A stretch of 64,000 nucleotides of DNA from Porphyromonadaceae bacterium CG2_30_38_12 (GTDB lineage: Bacteria; Bacteroidota; Bacteroidia; Bacteroidales; Paludibacteraceae): NCBI GenBank assembly GCA_001873635.1, contig MNZK01000069.1, positions 2,594 through 66,593 on the forward strand, read 5' to 3'. Under the pieces are notes generated by a model, which worked only from the letters and a program-made list of their open reading frames with translations, had not been told where the DNA came from and did no database searches. Numbering within the stretch: the stretch's first letter is position 1; each line of letters begins with the position of its first letter. Positions 9,998 through 20,613 of this stretch are shown in pieces. The translations under genes and the position numbers were made by a program.

Positions 9998-10018
9998 CAT
10001 ATTTATAGCTATTAGCTT

Positions 10019-10693
10019 TTATTTCTGAACGCGAGCAATATATTTCTCAATATCAGATGCTTCTGCGCTTTTCGAGTAGTTTTCTTTGATATCCGTGTAA
10101 GCTTCTAATGCTTTATCTGCTTTTCCGAGAGCTTCGTAAGTTTTTCCTGCTTTTTTGAGGTAAATGGCACTCAACACATCATTTTCTTTGTCGGCAGCTT
10201 TCATGAAGTAATCCACAGCTTCTTCTTTTTCACCTTTTTCGATGTAGGCATCGCCAATTAAACCAACCACAGCGGTGCTAAAATAATTATCTTTGCCATC
10301 GAATTGTGATAAATACTTGATAGCATCGTCATATTGTCCTAATTTAAAATAACAAATACCTGCATAAGCGGCAGCGAGATTGCCAGAGGGTGTCATGCTA
10401 TAATCCGAAACGATGTTTTTGAAACCAATAAAATCAGCTTTTCCTTCGAGCGCATCTTTAAAAGCATCAGCTGCAAAAAGTGCCTCTGCCTTAGCCATTT
10501 CATTTTCAGCCTCATTTTCGCGCGGTTCCAAGTAAAAATTATTAAATGCTAATACAGAAAGTACCAAGAGAATAATTATAGCTACAGCTGCAATTAGTTG
10601 CTTTTGATATTTTTCAATAAAGGCTTCCGATTTACTTAAAGCTGCTTCTACCTGTTGCAATTCGTCTTGCTTGCTCGTTTCTTGTTTTGCCAT
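10019..10693 (-). CDS. Membrane-anchored tetratricopeptide-repeat protein (YfgM-like)
   Basis: Single N-terminal TM helix followed by TPR motifs (AYAGICYFKLGQYDDAIKYL, YLKKAGKTYEALGKADKALEAY). Confidence 0.85.
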   Translation of the reverse strand: MAKQETSKQDELQQVEAALSKSEAFIEKYQKQLIAAVAIIILLVLSVLAFNNFYLEPRENEAENEMAKAEALFAADAFKDALEGKADFIGFKNIVSDYSMTPSGNLAAAYAGICYFKLGQYDDAIKYLSQFDGKDNYFSTAVVGLIGDAYIEKGEKEEAVDYFMKAADKENDVLSAIYLKKAGKTYEALGKADKALEAYTDIKENYSKSAEASDIEKYIARVQK

Positions 10694-10886
10694 GATATGG
10701 GTTGTGAAAAATGTTGTAATACGTGTTTTAAATTTTTGCGGAACAAAAGTAAGAATATTTTTTCTGATAACGAAATTTAATAGCTAATTTTTATGTTCGG
10801 GTGCAACTAAGTGGCTAATTTATTTTGCTATTTTGGACTGAAATGACTAATTTTGCTACAAAATAACTCATTCACAAACATCTTAT

Positions 10887-11615
10887 ATGAAAGCAATGAT
10901 TTTTGCGGCAGGACTTGGCACCCGTTTGAAGCCGATAACCGACACCTTGCCCAAAGCATTAGTCCCTATTGATGGCATAACGCTATTGGAGCATGTTATA
11001 TTGAAACTAAAAAATTCGGGTTTTGACGAAATCATTCTGAATGTGCATCATTTTCCTGACCAAATTATCAATTTTCTGCATCAAAAAAAATCTTTTGGCA
11101 TTCGTATCGCAATTTCTGACGAACGCGCTATGCTCTTAGACACGGGTGGCGGTATTAAAAAAGCATCTCGTTTTTTCGACGACAATGAACCGTTTTTAGT
11201 TCATAATGTAGATATTTTATCCAACATAGATTTGATGGCACTCTATAGCAACCATATTATTAATAATGCCTTAGCTACTTTGGTGGTAAGCGAGCGAACA
11301 ACGCATCGTTATCTGCTTTTCGATTCGGCAAAAAAACTTCAAGGGTGGCAAAATATCAAAACTTCCGAAACGAAACCTGTCCAATTAAAAGACACAAGCT
11401 GTTTTGAAAAATTGGCTTTTTCGGGTATTCAAGTTCTATCGCCTGCTGTGTTTGATAAAATGAAAACCTTTCCAGATAAATTTTCTATTATTGATTTTTA
11501 TTTATCTAATTTGCACGAACCTATTTATGGCTATTGTCCCGACAACTATAAAATGATGGATGTTGGCAAATTAGATACATTGCAGGAGGCAGAAAAATTT
11601 AGTCGGGCTATTTAA
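10887..11615 (+). CDS. Nucleotidyltransferase (NTP_transferase, MurU / sugar-1-phosphate nucleotidyltransferase-like)
   Basis: AMIFAAGLGTRLKPITDTLPKAL, LLDTGGG, HNVD, MDVGK motifs. Confidence 0.9.
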   Translation: MKAMIFAAGLGTRLKPITDTLPKALVPIDGITLLEHVILKLKNSGFDEIILNVHHFPDQIINFLHQKKSFGIRIAISDERAMLLDTGGGIKKASRFFDDNEPFLVHNVDILSNIDLMALYSNHIINNALATLVVSERTTHRYLLFDSAKKLQGWQNIKTSETKPVQLKDTSCFEKLAFSGIQVLSPAVFDKMKTFPDKFSIIDFYLSNLHEPIYGYCPDNYKMMDVGKLDTLQEAEKFSRAI

Positions 11616-11622
11616 ACTAAAC

Positions 11623-11663
11623 TACGCCATTTCAAGCCTAAGTGTAAGGCATTGAATGGCGTA
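11623..11663. terminator. Hairpin between the convergent nucleotidyltransferase and ilvC genes
   Basis: TACGCCATT...AATGGCGTA outer stem with an inner GCCT/AGGC stem. Confidence 0.65.
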
Positions 11664-11695
11664 ATTTTAACTTGTTTTTTTTATAAAAAGAGCGA

Positions 11696-13171
11696 TTAAA
11701 TCACTTTTTTCATGGCTGTCATGGCAGCACGTAAGCGTGCACCGACTACTTCGATAGAATGAGAACGCAATGCAGCATTGACTTTAACTAAATCGAAATT
11801 ATCTACTTCAGCATTTTTATCTGTATTAAAGTTTTTGCCTATTAAGTTGGTATCTACTTTTTTCATGAAATCAGCCAACAACGGTTTGCAGGCATGGTCG
11901 AATAAATAGCAACCGTACTCAGCTGTGTCCGAAATGACGCGATTCATCTCGAAAAGTTTTTTGCGGGCTATGGTGTTGGCAATGAGCGGTGTTTCGTGCA
12001 GCGATTCGTAGTAAGCTGATTCGGGCTTGATGCCGGCACTTACCATAGTTTCGTAAGCCAATTCAACGCCCGATTTGATAAAGGCAACCATCAAAGTGGC
12101 ATTGTCGAAAAACTCTTGTTCGGAAATTTCCATGTCACCGGCTGGCGTTTTCTCAAAAGCCGTTTCGCCAGTTTCGGCACGCCATGTAAGGAGGTTTTTA
12201 TCGCCAACAGCCCAATCTTCCATCATGATGCGCGAAAATTCGCCTGAAAGAATATCATCCATGTGTTTTTTAAACAAGGGAGTCATGATTTCTTTCAATT
12301 CGTCAGCTAATAGAAAAGCTTCAATTTTTGCTGGGTTGGACAAGCGATCCATCATGTTGGTGATACCACCAATTTTCAATGCTTCGGTAATGGTTTCCCA
12401 ACCGTATTGAACTAATTTGGAAGCATAACCAGCATCAATTCCTTTTTCAATCATTTTGTTGAATGATAAGATAGAACCAGTTTGCAACAAACCACAGAGA
12501 ATGGTTTGCTCGCCCATTAAGTCTGATTTCACTTCGGCAACAAACGATGAAAGCAGTACGCCCGCTTTATGTCCCCCTGTTCCTACGCAGTATGCTTTGG
12601 CAATTTCGAGTCCATCGCCATTTGGGTCGTTGTCGCGGTGAACGGCAATTAGCGTTGGAACGCCAAAACCGCGAAGATACTCGGCACGAACTTCGGAAGC
12701 CGGCGATTTAGGAGCAATCATCACTACGGTAATGTCCTTACGAATTTGAGTTCCTTCTTCCACAATATTAAAACCGTGCGAATAGGACAAGGTAGCACCT
12801 TGTTTCATTAAAGGTATGATTTGCTTAATTACCGGCGTGTGTTGCTTGTCGGGAGCGAGGTTCGACACCAAGTCGGCTGTAGGTACTAATTGCTCAAAAG
12901 TGCCCACTTCAAAGCCATTGTCGGTAGCTTTTTTCCATGATTCACGTTTTTGGTCAATGGCTTCCTGGCGCAAGGCATACGCCACATTTAAGCCGCTATC
13001 ACGCATGTTCTGACCTTGTGCCAAACCTTGAGCACCACAGCCAATGATAACAATTTTTTTACCAATTAATTTTTTAACACCATCAGCAAATTCGCTGCTT
13101 TCCATAAAATCACACTTTCCCAATTCCTGAACTTTCAGGCGGTGCGGGAGTGAACTGAAATAATTTGTCAT
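11696..13171 (-). CDS. ilvC: Ketol-acid reductoisomerase, long (class II) form
   Basis: [38 protein letters not shown]; 491 aa with duplicated C-terminal domain. Confidence 0.97.
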   Translation of the reverse strand: MTNYFSSLPHRLKVQELGKCDFMESSEFADGVKKLIGKKIVIIGCGAQGLAQGQNMRDSGLNVAYALRQEAIDQKRESWKKATDNGFEVGTFEQLVPTADLVSNLAPDKQHTPVIKQIIPLMKQGATLSYSHGFNIVEEGTQIRKDITVVMIAPKSPASEVRAEYLRGFGVPTLIAVHRDNDPNGDGLEIAKAYCVGTGGHKAGVLLSSFVAEVKSDLMGEQTILCGLLQTGSILSFNKMIEKGIDAGYASKLVQYGWETITEALKIGGITNMMDRLSNPAKIEAFLLADELKEIMTPLFKKHMDDILSGEFSRIMMEDWAVGDKNLLTWRAETGETAFEKTPAGDMEISEQEFFDNATLMVAFIKSGVELAYETMVSAGIKPESAYYESLHETPLIANTIARKKLFEMNRVISDTAEYGCYLFDHACKPLLADFMKKVDTNLIGKNFNTDKNAEVDNFDLVKVNAALRSHSIEVVGARLRAAMTAMKKVI

Positions 13172-13707
13172 TTTTCGTATTTTTTTATTGTTTCGAGCAT
13201 ATCGCTCAATCTTTCTACTTTCGATTTGGTAATAGCTACTCGTCCGGAGCGAATAAATTGCAATACGCCTACTGTTTCGCTCAGCTCTACGAAGAATCGT
13301 TGTGTTTCATCATAGTGTCCGGCTTTTTGGAACACCACAAAATCTTCGTTCATTTCCAAGATGCGGGTATTGTGGTCGCGTATCCAATTTTCGATAGAAC
13401 CTAATGTCAATAGCTTATCTGTTGCAACCTTATAGAGTGCAATTTCTTGATAAACAAGGTCTTCATCGGTGTTGTAATACGATTTCAAAATATCAATACG
13501 TTTATCAATTTGCTTCACCACTTTTTCCACCACATCTTGTGTCGAAAGGAGTGTAATGGTAAATTTGTGAATACCTTCCAATGCTGATGGCGATACCGAT
13601 AGTGTTTCAATATTCAGAGCACGGCGTGTGAAAATGATGGTGATTTGACCTAACAAACCAACTGTATTTTCGGAGAAAACGGTTATTGTATATAATTTTT
13701 TTTCCAT
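13168..13707 (-). CDS. ilvN: Acetolactate synthase small regulatory subunit
   Basis: ACT domain [28 protein letters not shown]-terminal RSGRVAI; lies between ilvB and ilvC. Confidence 0.93.
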   Translation of the reverse strand: MEKKLYTITVFSENTVGLLGQITIIFTRRALNIETLSVSPSALEGIHKFTITLLSTQDVVEKVVKQIDKRIDILKSYYNTDEDLVYQEIALYKVATDKLLTLGSIENWIRDHNTRILEMNEDFVVFQKAGHYDETQRFFVELSETVGVLQFIRSGRVAITKSKVERLSDMLETIKKYEK

Positions 13708-13720
13708 GATGTCTTTTTAT

Positions 13721-15409
13721 TTAGTCTCCAAGTAAAATGTTATCTACGGCTGCACCGGCTGGCATCATAGGATAAACCATGCCTTGCATTTCAACATCCA
13801 CTACCAACAGATAGGGTTTGTCGTCTTTGAGCATGTCGGCAATGGCAGCATCTAAGTCTTCACGCAGGCTTACTTTACATCCGTCAATGTTATAAGCTTT
13901 GGCAATAGCAACAAAATCGGGGTTGTGCATTTTTGTAAAAGAGTATCGCTCCTCAAAAAACATTTCCTGCCACTGACGTACCATTCCCAAAAAGTGATTA
14001 TCCAATATAATCATTTTTACGCCAATTTGCTCTTGCATAATGGTTCCCAACTCTTGTATGGTCATTTGAAAACCACCATCGCCGGCAAACATACAAACTG
14101 TTCGTTCGGGTGATCCCATTTTGGCGCCCATAGCAGCAGGTATTCCAAAGCCCATAGTTCCTAAACCACCCGAAGTAACTAAACTGCGTGTTTTAGAGTA
14201 TTTAAAATAGCGAGCAGCCATCATTTGGTTCTGACCTACATCGGTTACTACCACAGCATCGTGATTGGTGGCTTCCGAAATTTTGTGAATCACTTCACCC
14301 ATTGTTAATTCGCCTGATGTTGGAAAAACTTCTCGTTGAATTACTTTTTCAAATTCCTTGTCGTCGTAAATCTTGAACGAATGAATCCATTCGGCGTGTT
14401 TTGCAGGCTGAATGGCTTCTATAAGTGCAGGTAGTGTGTCTTTGACTGAACCAAGTACGGGTGCATCTGCTTTCACATTTTTATTAATTTCGGCGGCATC
14501 TATTTCTAAGTGAATAATTTTGGCTTGCTTGGCATAATGATTCAAATCGCCCGTTACGCGGTCATCAAAACGCATACCTATGGCAATAAGCACATCGCAC
14601 TGATTGGTCATAATATTGGGCGCTACGTTTCCATGCATTCCTAAGAAACCTTTATTAAGTTCGAAGTCCGAATCCATTGCCGACGCACCTAACAAGGTCC
14701 AGGCAGCAGGAATGTTTGCTTTTTCTAAAAATACTTTTAATTCGGCTTCTGCTCCCGATAGTACAACGCCCTGTCCAACTAATGCAAAAGGTTTGTGTGC
14801 AGCATTTATTAGCGAAGCCGCTTGCTCAATTTGTTCCTTATTTACTTCGGGAACCGGGATATAGCTTCTGATAAATGTACAAGGCTTGTATTCAAAGTCA
14901 ATTTCCTGAAATTGTGCATTTTTGGTAATATCCAATACCACAGGTCCTGGACGGCCACTGCGTGCAACGTAAAAGGCACGCGCCACTGCCCAAGCAATAT
15001 CTTCGGCACGTCGAATTTGATATGCCCATTTGGTTATCGGAGTTGATATGCCTACCACATCAATTTCCTGAAAAGCATCAGTACCTAAAAGTGTTGCTCC
15101 AACTTGTCCGGTAATAACCACCATTGGTGTGCTATCGAGCATGGCATCAGCAATGCCTGTTATGGCGTTGGTTGCGGCAGGACCCGATGTTACCAAACAC
15201 ACGCCCACCTTGCCCGAAACACGCGCATAACCTTGAGCGGCATGTGTGGCGCCTTGCTCATGGCGTGTGAGTATGTGATTTACTTTTTTGTCGTAATCGT
15301 AAAGAGCATCGAAAGTGGGCATAATAGCGCCACCCGGATACCCGAAAATCGTATCCACGCCTTCGTGAATCATCGATTCTATTAATGCTTGTGCTCCAGT
15401 TAGTTTCAT
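13721..15409 (-). CDS. ilvB: Acetolactate synthase large subunit
   Basis: FGYPGGAI, RHEQGA, GMRFDDRVTG and the GDGGFQM TPP motif. Likely start is MKLTGAQ at 15409 rather than 15460. Confidence 0.96.
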   Translation of the reverse strand: MKLTGAQALIESMIHEGVDTIFGYPGGAIMPTFDALYDYDKKVNHILTRHEQGATHAAQGYARVSGKVGVCLVTSGPAATNAITGIADAMLDSTPMVVITGQVGATLLGTDAFQEIDVVGISTPITKWAYQIRRAEDIAWAVARAFYVARSGRPGPVVLDITKNAQFQEIDFEYKPCTFIRSYIPVPEVNKEQIEQAASLINAAHKPFALVGQGVVLSGAEAELKVFLEKANIPAAWTLLGASAMDSDFELNKGFLGMHGNVAPNIMTNQCDVLIAIGMRFDDRVTGDLNHYAKQAKIIHLEIDAAEINKNVKADAPVLGSVKDTLPALIEAIQPAKHAEWIHSFKIYDDKEFEKVIQREVFPTSGELTMGEVIHKISEATNHDAVVVTDVGQNQMMAARYFKYSKTRSLVTSGGLGTMGFGIPAAMGAKMGSPERTVCMFAGDGGFQMTIQELGTIMQEQIGVKMIILDNHFLGMVRQWQEMFFEERYSFTKMHNPDFVAIAKAYNIDGCKVSLREDLDAAIADMLKDDKPYLLVVDVEMQGMVYPMMPAGAAVDNILLGD

Positions 15410-15500
15410 ATTTTTTCTAAGATAACAGACAGCATTCGATACACAACTGACTGTATTCATTTTAAATGGTAAATTGTAAATAAAAAAATGCTAAATTATT

Positions 15501-17381
15501 TTAATCAATCAGCCTCACCGCTCCTTTGTCAGCAGAGCTCACCATCGAAGCATAAGCCCTGAGGGCTTTCGAAACGACTCGGTTTCTGTCTTTGGGTTTG
15601 AAGGTATCTTTTCCTCGTGCCAATTCGGCTTCGCGACGCGTATTGAGTTCGTCGTCGCTCAGTTTTACATTTATCGAACGGTTTGGAATATCTATTTCAA
15701 TAATATCGCCATCGTGAATGAGTCCGATATTTCCTCCCGAGGCTGCTTCGGGTGAAATATGCCCGATGGATAATCCGGATGTTCCTCCCGAAAAACGACC
15801 ATCAGTAATCAAAGCACATTCTTTGCCCAAATGACGGGATTTGATATATGAAGTTGGATAAAGCATTTCCTGCATGCCGGGTCCACCTTTTGGTCCTTCG
15901 TGTGTAATGACAACTACATCGCCGGCAACCACACTACCATTTAATATTCCTGTGCAAGCCGTATCCTGCGAAGTGAAGACTTTGGCTGGTCCGCTGAACT
16001 TCCAAATGCTCTCGTCTACACCAGCGGTTTTTATAACGCAACCATCCTGTGCAATGTTTCCTTTGAGGATTCCCAAACCACCATCTTTGGTGTAGGCATG
16101 TTGAACGCTTCGAATGCAACCGTTTTCACGATCCATATCAAGTTCTTTGTAACTTGTATGTTGCGAGCCCATTACCAAATTAAATTTGCGTCCAGGTGCA
16201 CTTTTGTATAAATCTTCTATTTCTGGTGCCAATGCCCTTGAGGTAATATCATATTTTTGAACGGCTTGAGCCAATGTAAGCCCATCCACACGATATACAT
16301 TGGGGTGTAGCAAACCACCTTTGTTAAGTTCAGCTAATATTCCCAAAATTCCGCCAGCACGATTTACATCTTCCACATGATATTTGGGCGAATTAGGCGC
16401 TACTTTGCAAAGGCAAGGAGTTTTGCGCGAAAGTTGATCCATATCGTTCATGTTTAATTCTACATCGGCTTCGTGAGCAATGCCGAGAATGTGCAATACC
16501 GTATTCGTAGAACCGCCCATGGCAATATCGAGTGTCATTGCATTTAGAAAAGCTTCGCGGGTAGCAATTGAGCGTGGCAAAACAGATTCGTCACCATCGC
16601 GGTAATATTTGTAGGCATTCTCAACAATTAATTGAGCTGCATCGCTGAATAATTTTGCACGGTTGGCGTGTGTAGCTACAATGGTACCATTGCCCGGAAG
16701 TGCCAATCCAATGGCTTCGTTCAGGCAATTCATGGAGTTGGCAGTAAACATGCCCGAGCAAGAGCCACAAGTTGGACAAGCAGCATTTTCAATTTTTTGC
16801 ACATGCTCATCCGAAATATTATCATCGGCAGCTTGCACCATAGCGTCCACCAAATCGAGCTTGGTGCCTTCCATGTCGCCCGCTTCCATAGGTCCTCCCG
16901 ATACAAACACAGCTGGGATATTCAGACGCATGGCAGCCATGAGCATGCCGGGAGTAATTTTATCGCAATTGCTGATACATACCATAGCATCGGCTTTGTG
17001 AGCATTGACCATATATTCTACGCTATCTGCAATTAAATCGCGCGAGGGTAAGGAGTAGAGCATACCATCGTGTCCCATAGCAATGCCATCGTCAATAGCA
17101 ATGGTGTTGAACTCGGCAGCAAAGCATCCGAGTTTTTCAATTTCGGCTTTCACTTTCTGACCAATATCATGCAAATGAACGTGCCCGGGTACAAATTGTG
17201 TAAATGAGTTTACAATGGCAATCAATGGTTTGCCCATTTGTTCGTTGGTCATTCCGTTGGCTTTCCACAGGGCACGGGCACCTGCCATGCGACGTCCACC
17301 TGTGCTTGTGGCACTTCTCAAAATATGACCCGTAACTTCCTGGTTGGATAGCTTGGGTTGTGTATTGTTTGATGTATTCAT
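15501..17381 (-). CDS. ilvD: Dihydroxy-acid dehydratase
   Basis: [45 protein letters not shown] motifs. Confidence 0.97.
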   Translation of the reverse strand: MNTSNNTQPKLSNQEVTGHILRSATSTGGRRMAGARALWKANGMTNEQMGKPLIAIVNSFTQFVPGHVHLHDIGQKVKAEIEKLGCFAAEFNTIAIDDGIAMGHDGMLYSLPSRDLIADSVEYMVNAHKADAMVCISNCDKITPGMLMAAMRLNIPAVFVSGGPMEAGDMEGTKLDLVDAMVQAADDNISDEHVQKIENAACPTCGSCSGMFTANSMNCLNEAIGLALPGNGTIVATHANRAKLFSDAAQLIVENAYKYYRDGDESVLPRSIATREAFLNAMTLDIAMGGSTNTVLHILGIAHEADVELNMNDMDQLSRKTPCLCKVAPNSPKYHVEDVNRAGGILGILAELNKGGLLHPNVYRVDGLTLAQAVQKYDITSRALAPEIEDLYKSAPGRKFNLVMGSQHTSYKELDMDRENGCIRSVQHAYTKDGGLGILKGNIAQDGCVIKTAGVDESIWKFSGPAKVFTSQDTACTGILNGSVVAGDVVVITHEGPKGGPGMQEMLYPTSYIKSRHLGKECALITDGRFSGGTSGLSIGHISPEAASGGNIGLIHDGDIIEIDIPNRSINVKLSDDELNTRREAELARGKDTFKPKDRNRVVSKALRAYASMVSSADKGAVRLID

Positions 17382-17464
17382 TTTCCTAATAATATAGAAT
17401 GTTTTTTTTATAAACTTCTGATTTTTAAATTAGTATGCCACTTTTTGGATATAAGGGGGATTTG

Positions 17465-17503
17465 AAAAAAAAAACCTTTCTCCGTTATGGTGAGAAAGGT
17501 TTT
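17465..17503 (-). terminator. Attenuator terminator of the ilv leader
   Basis: Minus strand AAAACCTTTCTC-accataacg-GAGAAAGGTTTT followed by a long U tract, about 85 nt upstream of ilvD. Confidence 0.88.
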
Positions 17504-17544
17504 ATGCTTTTATAATACACAGTGTTTATACCACGTAACCATTC

Positions 17545-17613
17545 TCACTTCTGATTCTTGACCAAAAGAAGGACGACTTTGACGAGGTTTGTATAAACAA
17601 CTTGATGTATCAT
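17545..17613 (-). CDS. ilv operon leader peptide MIHQVVYTNLVKVVLLLVKNQK (22 aa)
   Basis: Translated by hand: 11 of 22 codons are Val/Leu/Ile. It lies between a -7 box and a terminator, and its stop overlaps an antiterminator arm. Confidence 0.85.
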   Translation of the reverse strand: MIHQVVYTNLVKVVLLLVKNQK

Positions 17614-17636
17614 TTAATGCTTTTATTAAATTTGAG

Positions 17637-17646
17637 TGCAAAGATA
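17637..17646 (-). promoter_or_regulatory. -7 promoter box of the ilv leader/operon
   Basis: TATCTTTGCA on the minus strand, with TTG 20 nt further upstream (17667-17669). Confidence 0.75.
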
Positions 17647-18514
17647 CTTTATAATTTTATTTCAAACAATAGTTTGGTAGAAATTATTTCATTTTTTGTA
17701 CGATTTGTAAGTTTTTAACGGATTTTTTATTTAAAAACTTACTATGCCTGTGTTATTTTGATTGTGTAGGCGCTACTTTTTGTAGTGATAATAGCTTGTT
17801 ATTTTTACTTTTCTGATTTTTATTACAAAAAAATGAAAGGGTATGCTGTCCGAAATGAGTAGTTCGATTTCTATTTTGACACTAATAATTATTACAAAAC
17901 GACGATAATGAGGTTCGAAAAAAATTGCTGTATGTTAAATGTGGGGTGGTATGTTGATTTTATAGTTAATAAAATTAAATATTCAGCATCCTTACACTTT
18001 AAATGTAACTCGAGTTTATCCAAAAATTTCCGATGAGAATATGTTTTGTGCTTTTATGATAGAGATTAAATACTTTGCCGAGTAGGGGAGTACCTAAAAT
18101 GTAAAATAGGGAGTCAACTATCTTGTCATTTTTCGCTCAGACGATTTGAATGTTGCGAATTTTTATAAATTACTGCCACATAGCTATTTACATATATATT
18201 CAAATCAAAATCAGAATTAGTATAATTTGAGCCGATTTTATACCTCATGCTCAGACAGTAAAGATTAGTACAGCTATCCATAAATTGAAACTTGCGGCAT
18301 TAAAAAGTATTTTGCTTGTCGTAAAATTCGCCACATGTAATTGTAACTGACTGTTACAAAGCAAAAAAGCTTGCATACGCCCTGTTGCTGTTGTAAATTT
18401 GAAATGTGAAAAGTGATACAAAATGGTTGTTTAAAACAGACCAAAAATGAAATCGAATTTTAACAATTTCACAAACACACGAAAATTTGTATAACCCTTT
18501 AAAAAATTAGCATC

Positions 18515-19378
18515 ATGAAACCCTTCTACAAAATCATGCAATTAGCAAAAGTTTCTTTATTTGTATTAGCAGCTAACACACAAGCACAAACGCACTGTGC
18601 TACCGTAATAGAATTAACCGATGGTTATTATACTGACAAAGTTTGGCTGATAACCGAACCTGGAACAACCAATGGCTTTGATAATGGTTGGGATGGGAGA
18701 AAATTTTTAAACGCAACAACTCCTGCACCACAAATTTTTGACCGTACCGTTGATGGTGATTTTCAGGTATCAAGTTTCCCTACCATCGAAAACCATGCAT
18801 TCGCCATTATCCCTGGCAAATCAAGTATTTTGACCATGAAATTGACCCATTATGATATTGACGCATTTTATAATGCGCTTTATATTATTGATATGCAAGA
18901 TCACGACACGATTGATGTCTATACTCAGGATTTTCGCATGGAGTTTGAATCGTTGAAGACTGACTTAGTTGAACGCTTTAAATTTATTACCAAGCTGCCC
19001 GAAGTAGTTCAACCCGATACCACAACGGCAGCAATACAACCGCCAGTGGAAAACCCAGTGGTAGATGATAGCACCGAACCTAATACAAATCCCGATGGTA
19101 TAACAACGAATACGCAAAAAGATAAAAATGCCTTAGATGCTAATCAAGCTAAGAACGTGAAAGTGAGTGCTTATAACAAAAAATTGAGGCTCGAAAATCT
19201 GAATACTGAGACAGCTTATGTAAGCATTATCAATGCAAGTAATGGCGTAATCATTAAAAAATTAGAAGTAAATCCTCAAACAACTGTCCGTATAAATATG
19301 AATACCGAAAAAGGTTTGTACATTGTCAAAACGAATGTTACAAAAGACTTCGCAAGCAAAAAGGTAGCTTTTTATTAA
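18515..19378 (+). CDS. Secreted hypothetical protein with a putative type IX secretion C-terminal sorting domain
   Basis: N-terminal signal-like segment ending AQ, TTNGFDNGWDGRK motif, Pro/Thr/Asp linker, C-terminal KGLYIVK...KKVAFY resembling a T9SS CTD. Confidence 0.6.
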   Translation: MKPFYKIMQLAKVSLFVLAANTQAQTHCATVIELTDGYYTDKVWLITEPGTTNGFDNGWDGRKFLNATTPAPQIFDRTVDGDFQVSSFPTIENHAFAIIPGKSSILTMKLTHYDIDAFYNALYIIDMQDHDTIDVYTQDFRMEFESLKTDLVERFKFITKLPEVVQPDTTTAAIQPPVENPVVDDSTEPNTNPDGITTNTQKDKNALDANQAKNVKVSAYNKKLRLENLNTETAYVSIINASNGVIIKKLEVNPQTTVRINMNTEKGLYIVKTNVTKDFASKKVAFY

Positions 19379-19582
19379 TGCCAGAAGAATGAGCAACAGA
19401 ATTTCATAAAAATGAATAGAAGAGTAGTTTTTTTTCATAAAACAAGATTGTAAGTGTTTAGCATAAATGCTTTACAAAAATTCAATTAAGTGTGGTTTAG
19501 ATTTTTGACCGATTTTAACTATGTAAAATGCTGATTTGCGAAGTAATTATCCTCGCAAGGGTGATTACAAAAAAGAAGGGTT

Positions 19583-19621
19583 TAAGCAAGCAAAAAAATG
19601 AAAATTTAATTTTGCTTGCTT
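19583..19621 (+). terminator. Terminator-like hairpin downstream of the secreted-protein gene
   Basis: AAGCAAGCAAAA...TTTTGCTTGCTT inverted repeat followed by T-rich sequence. Confidence 0.5.
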
Positions 19622-19779
19622 ATTCTTTGATATTATGTTGTCTTATGTGTTTTAAAACATGAATAAATAATAAAGTAGCTTGTTATTTTCAATAAAATAA
19701 CATTAAATTTGCAGTGAAAATGAAATTATAATACTATAAGCTCGTTTTTACACAAACCACATTTAACAACGTACTATTG

Positions 19780-20607
19780 ATGAATGAAATATTCAATCAA
19801 ATAGTAACCTCAATCCAGCAAAAGATTGACATTTCGCGACATAGTGAAACATTTCTCAAATCGTTGATTGAAAACAGAATGAACGAAATAGCTTGTAAAT
19901 CACTTGAAGCCTACGGTTTACTATTTGCACAAAATGAAACAGAATCTGATGTTTTACAAGCAAGGGTCTGGAATGCGCACAGTTTATTTTTCAGAAATAA
20001 ATTCAGTTTTGAGATTCTTAAAAAGATGGTAATGCCATCACTCATTGCTCAAAAAAATGCGGGTAAAGAACTTCGAATTTGGTCGGCAGGATGTGCTAAT
20101 GGTCAAGAGCCTTATTCTTTAGCCATGGTACTGGAAGAACTTAAAGCCATTTATCCAAAGCCATTTCGATACCGAATATTTGCTACCGATGTAAACCCAA
20201 CGAACATAGAGCATGCTAAAACGGGTATTTATAACAAAAACGACATGCCTCGCGTTTCGTTTGGACAAAAGGAAAAATGGTTTACAAAGCAAGAGGAAGT
20301 TTTTGTATTAAGCGATGTGTTAAAGGCAAACGTTCACTTCGAACATCTCGATTTGTTTGATAAAGAATGCGCCGTGCCAAGGGCAAGTATTTTTGGTGAT
20401 TTCGACATTGTGTTTTGTGCCAATGTGCTGTATTATTACAAAGAGGAATATCAGTTTTTATTAATAAACAGAATTATTCAAAGCCTATCGTCTGATGGTT
20501 TAATTGTTGCTGGTGAAGTAGAACGTGATTTATTTTTAAAACAAAATTTTATTGAAATTTACCCACAATCGTGCCTGTTTAGTGCATACAAAAAATTACA
20601 AGGATAA
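19780..20607 (+). CDS. cheR: CheR-family protein-glutamate O-methyltransferase
   Basis: SLFFRN, LRIWSAGCANGQEPYSLAM, IFATDVN, FDIVFCANVLYY motifs; upstream -7 box TAAATTTGCA at 19704-19713. Confidence 0.9.
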   Translation: MNEIFNQIVTSIQQKIDISRHSETFLKSLIENRMNEIACKSLEAYGLLFAQNETESDVLQARVWNAHSLFFRNKFSFEILKKMVMPSLIAQKNAGKELRIWSAGCANGQEPYSLAMVLEELKAIYPKPFRYRIFATDVNPTNIEHAKTGIYNKNDMPRVSFGQKEKWFTKQEEVFVLSDVLKANVHFEHLDLFDKECAVPRASIFGDFDIVFCANVLYYYKEEYQFLLINRIIQSLSSDGLIVAGEVERDLFLKQNFIEIYPQSCLFSAYKKLQG

Positions 20608-20613
20608 AGAATA

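Noticed and set aside
15410-15460. 17-aa N-terminal extension of IlvB in the ORF track
   Set aside because: Homology starts at MKLTGAQ (15409), which has a typical A-rich upstream context. The extension is probably untranslated.
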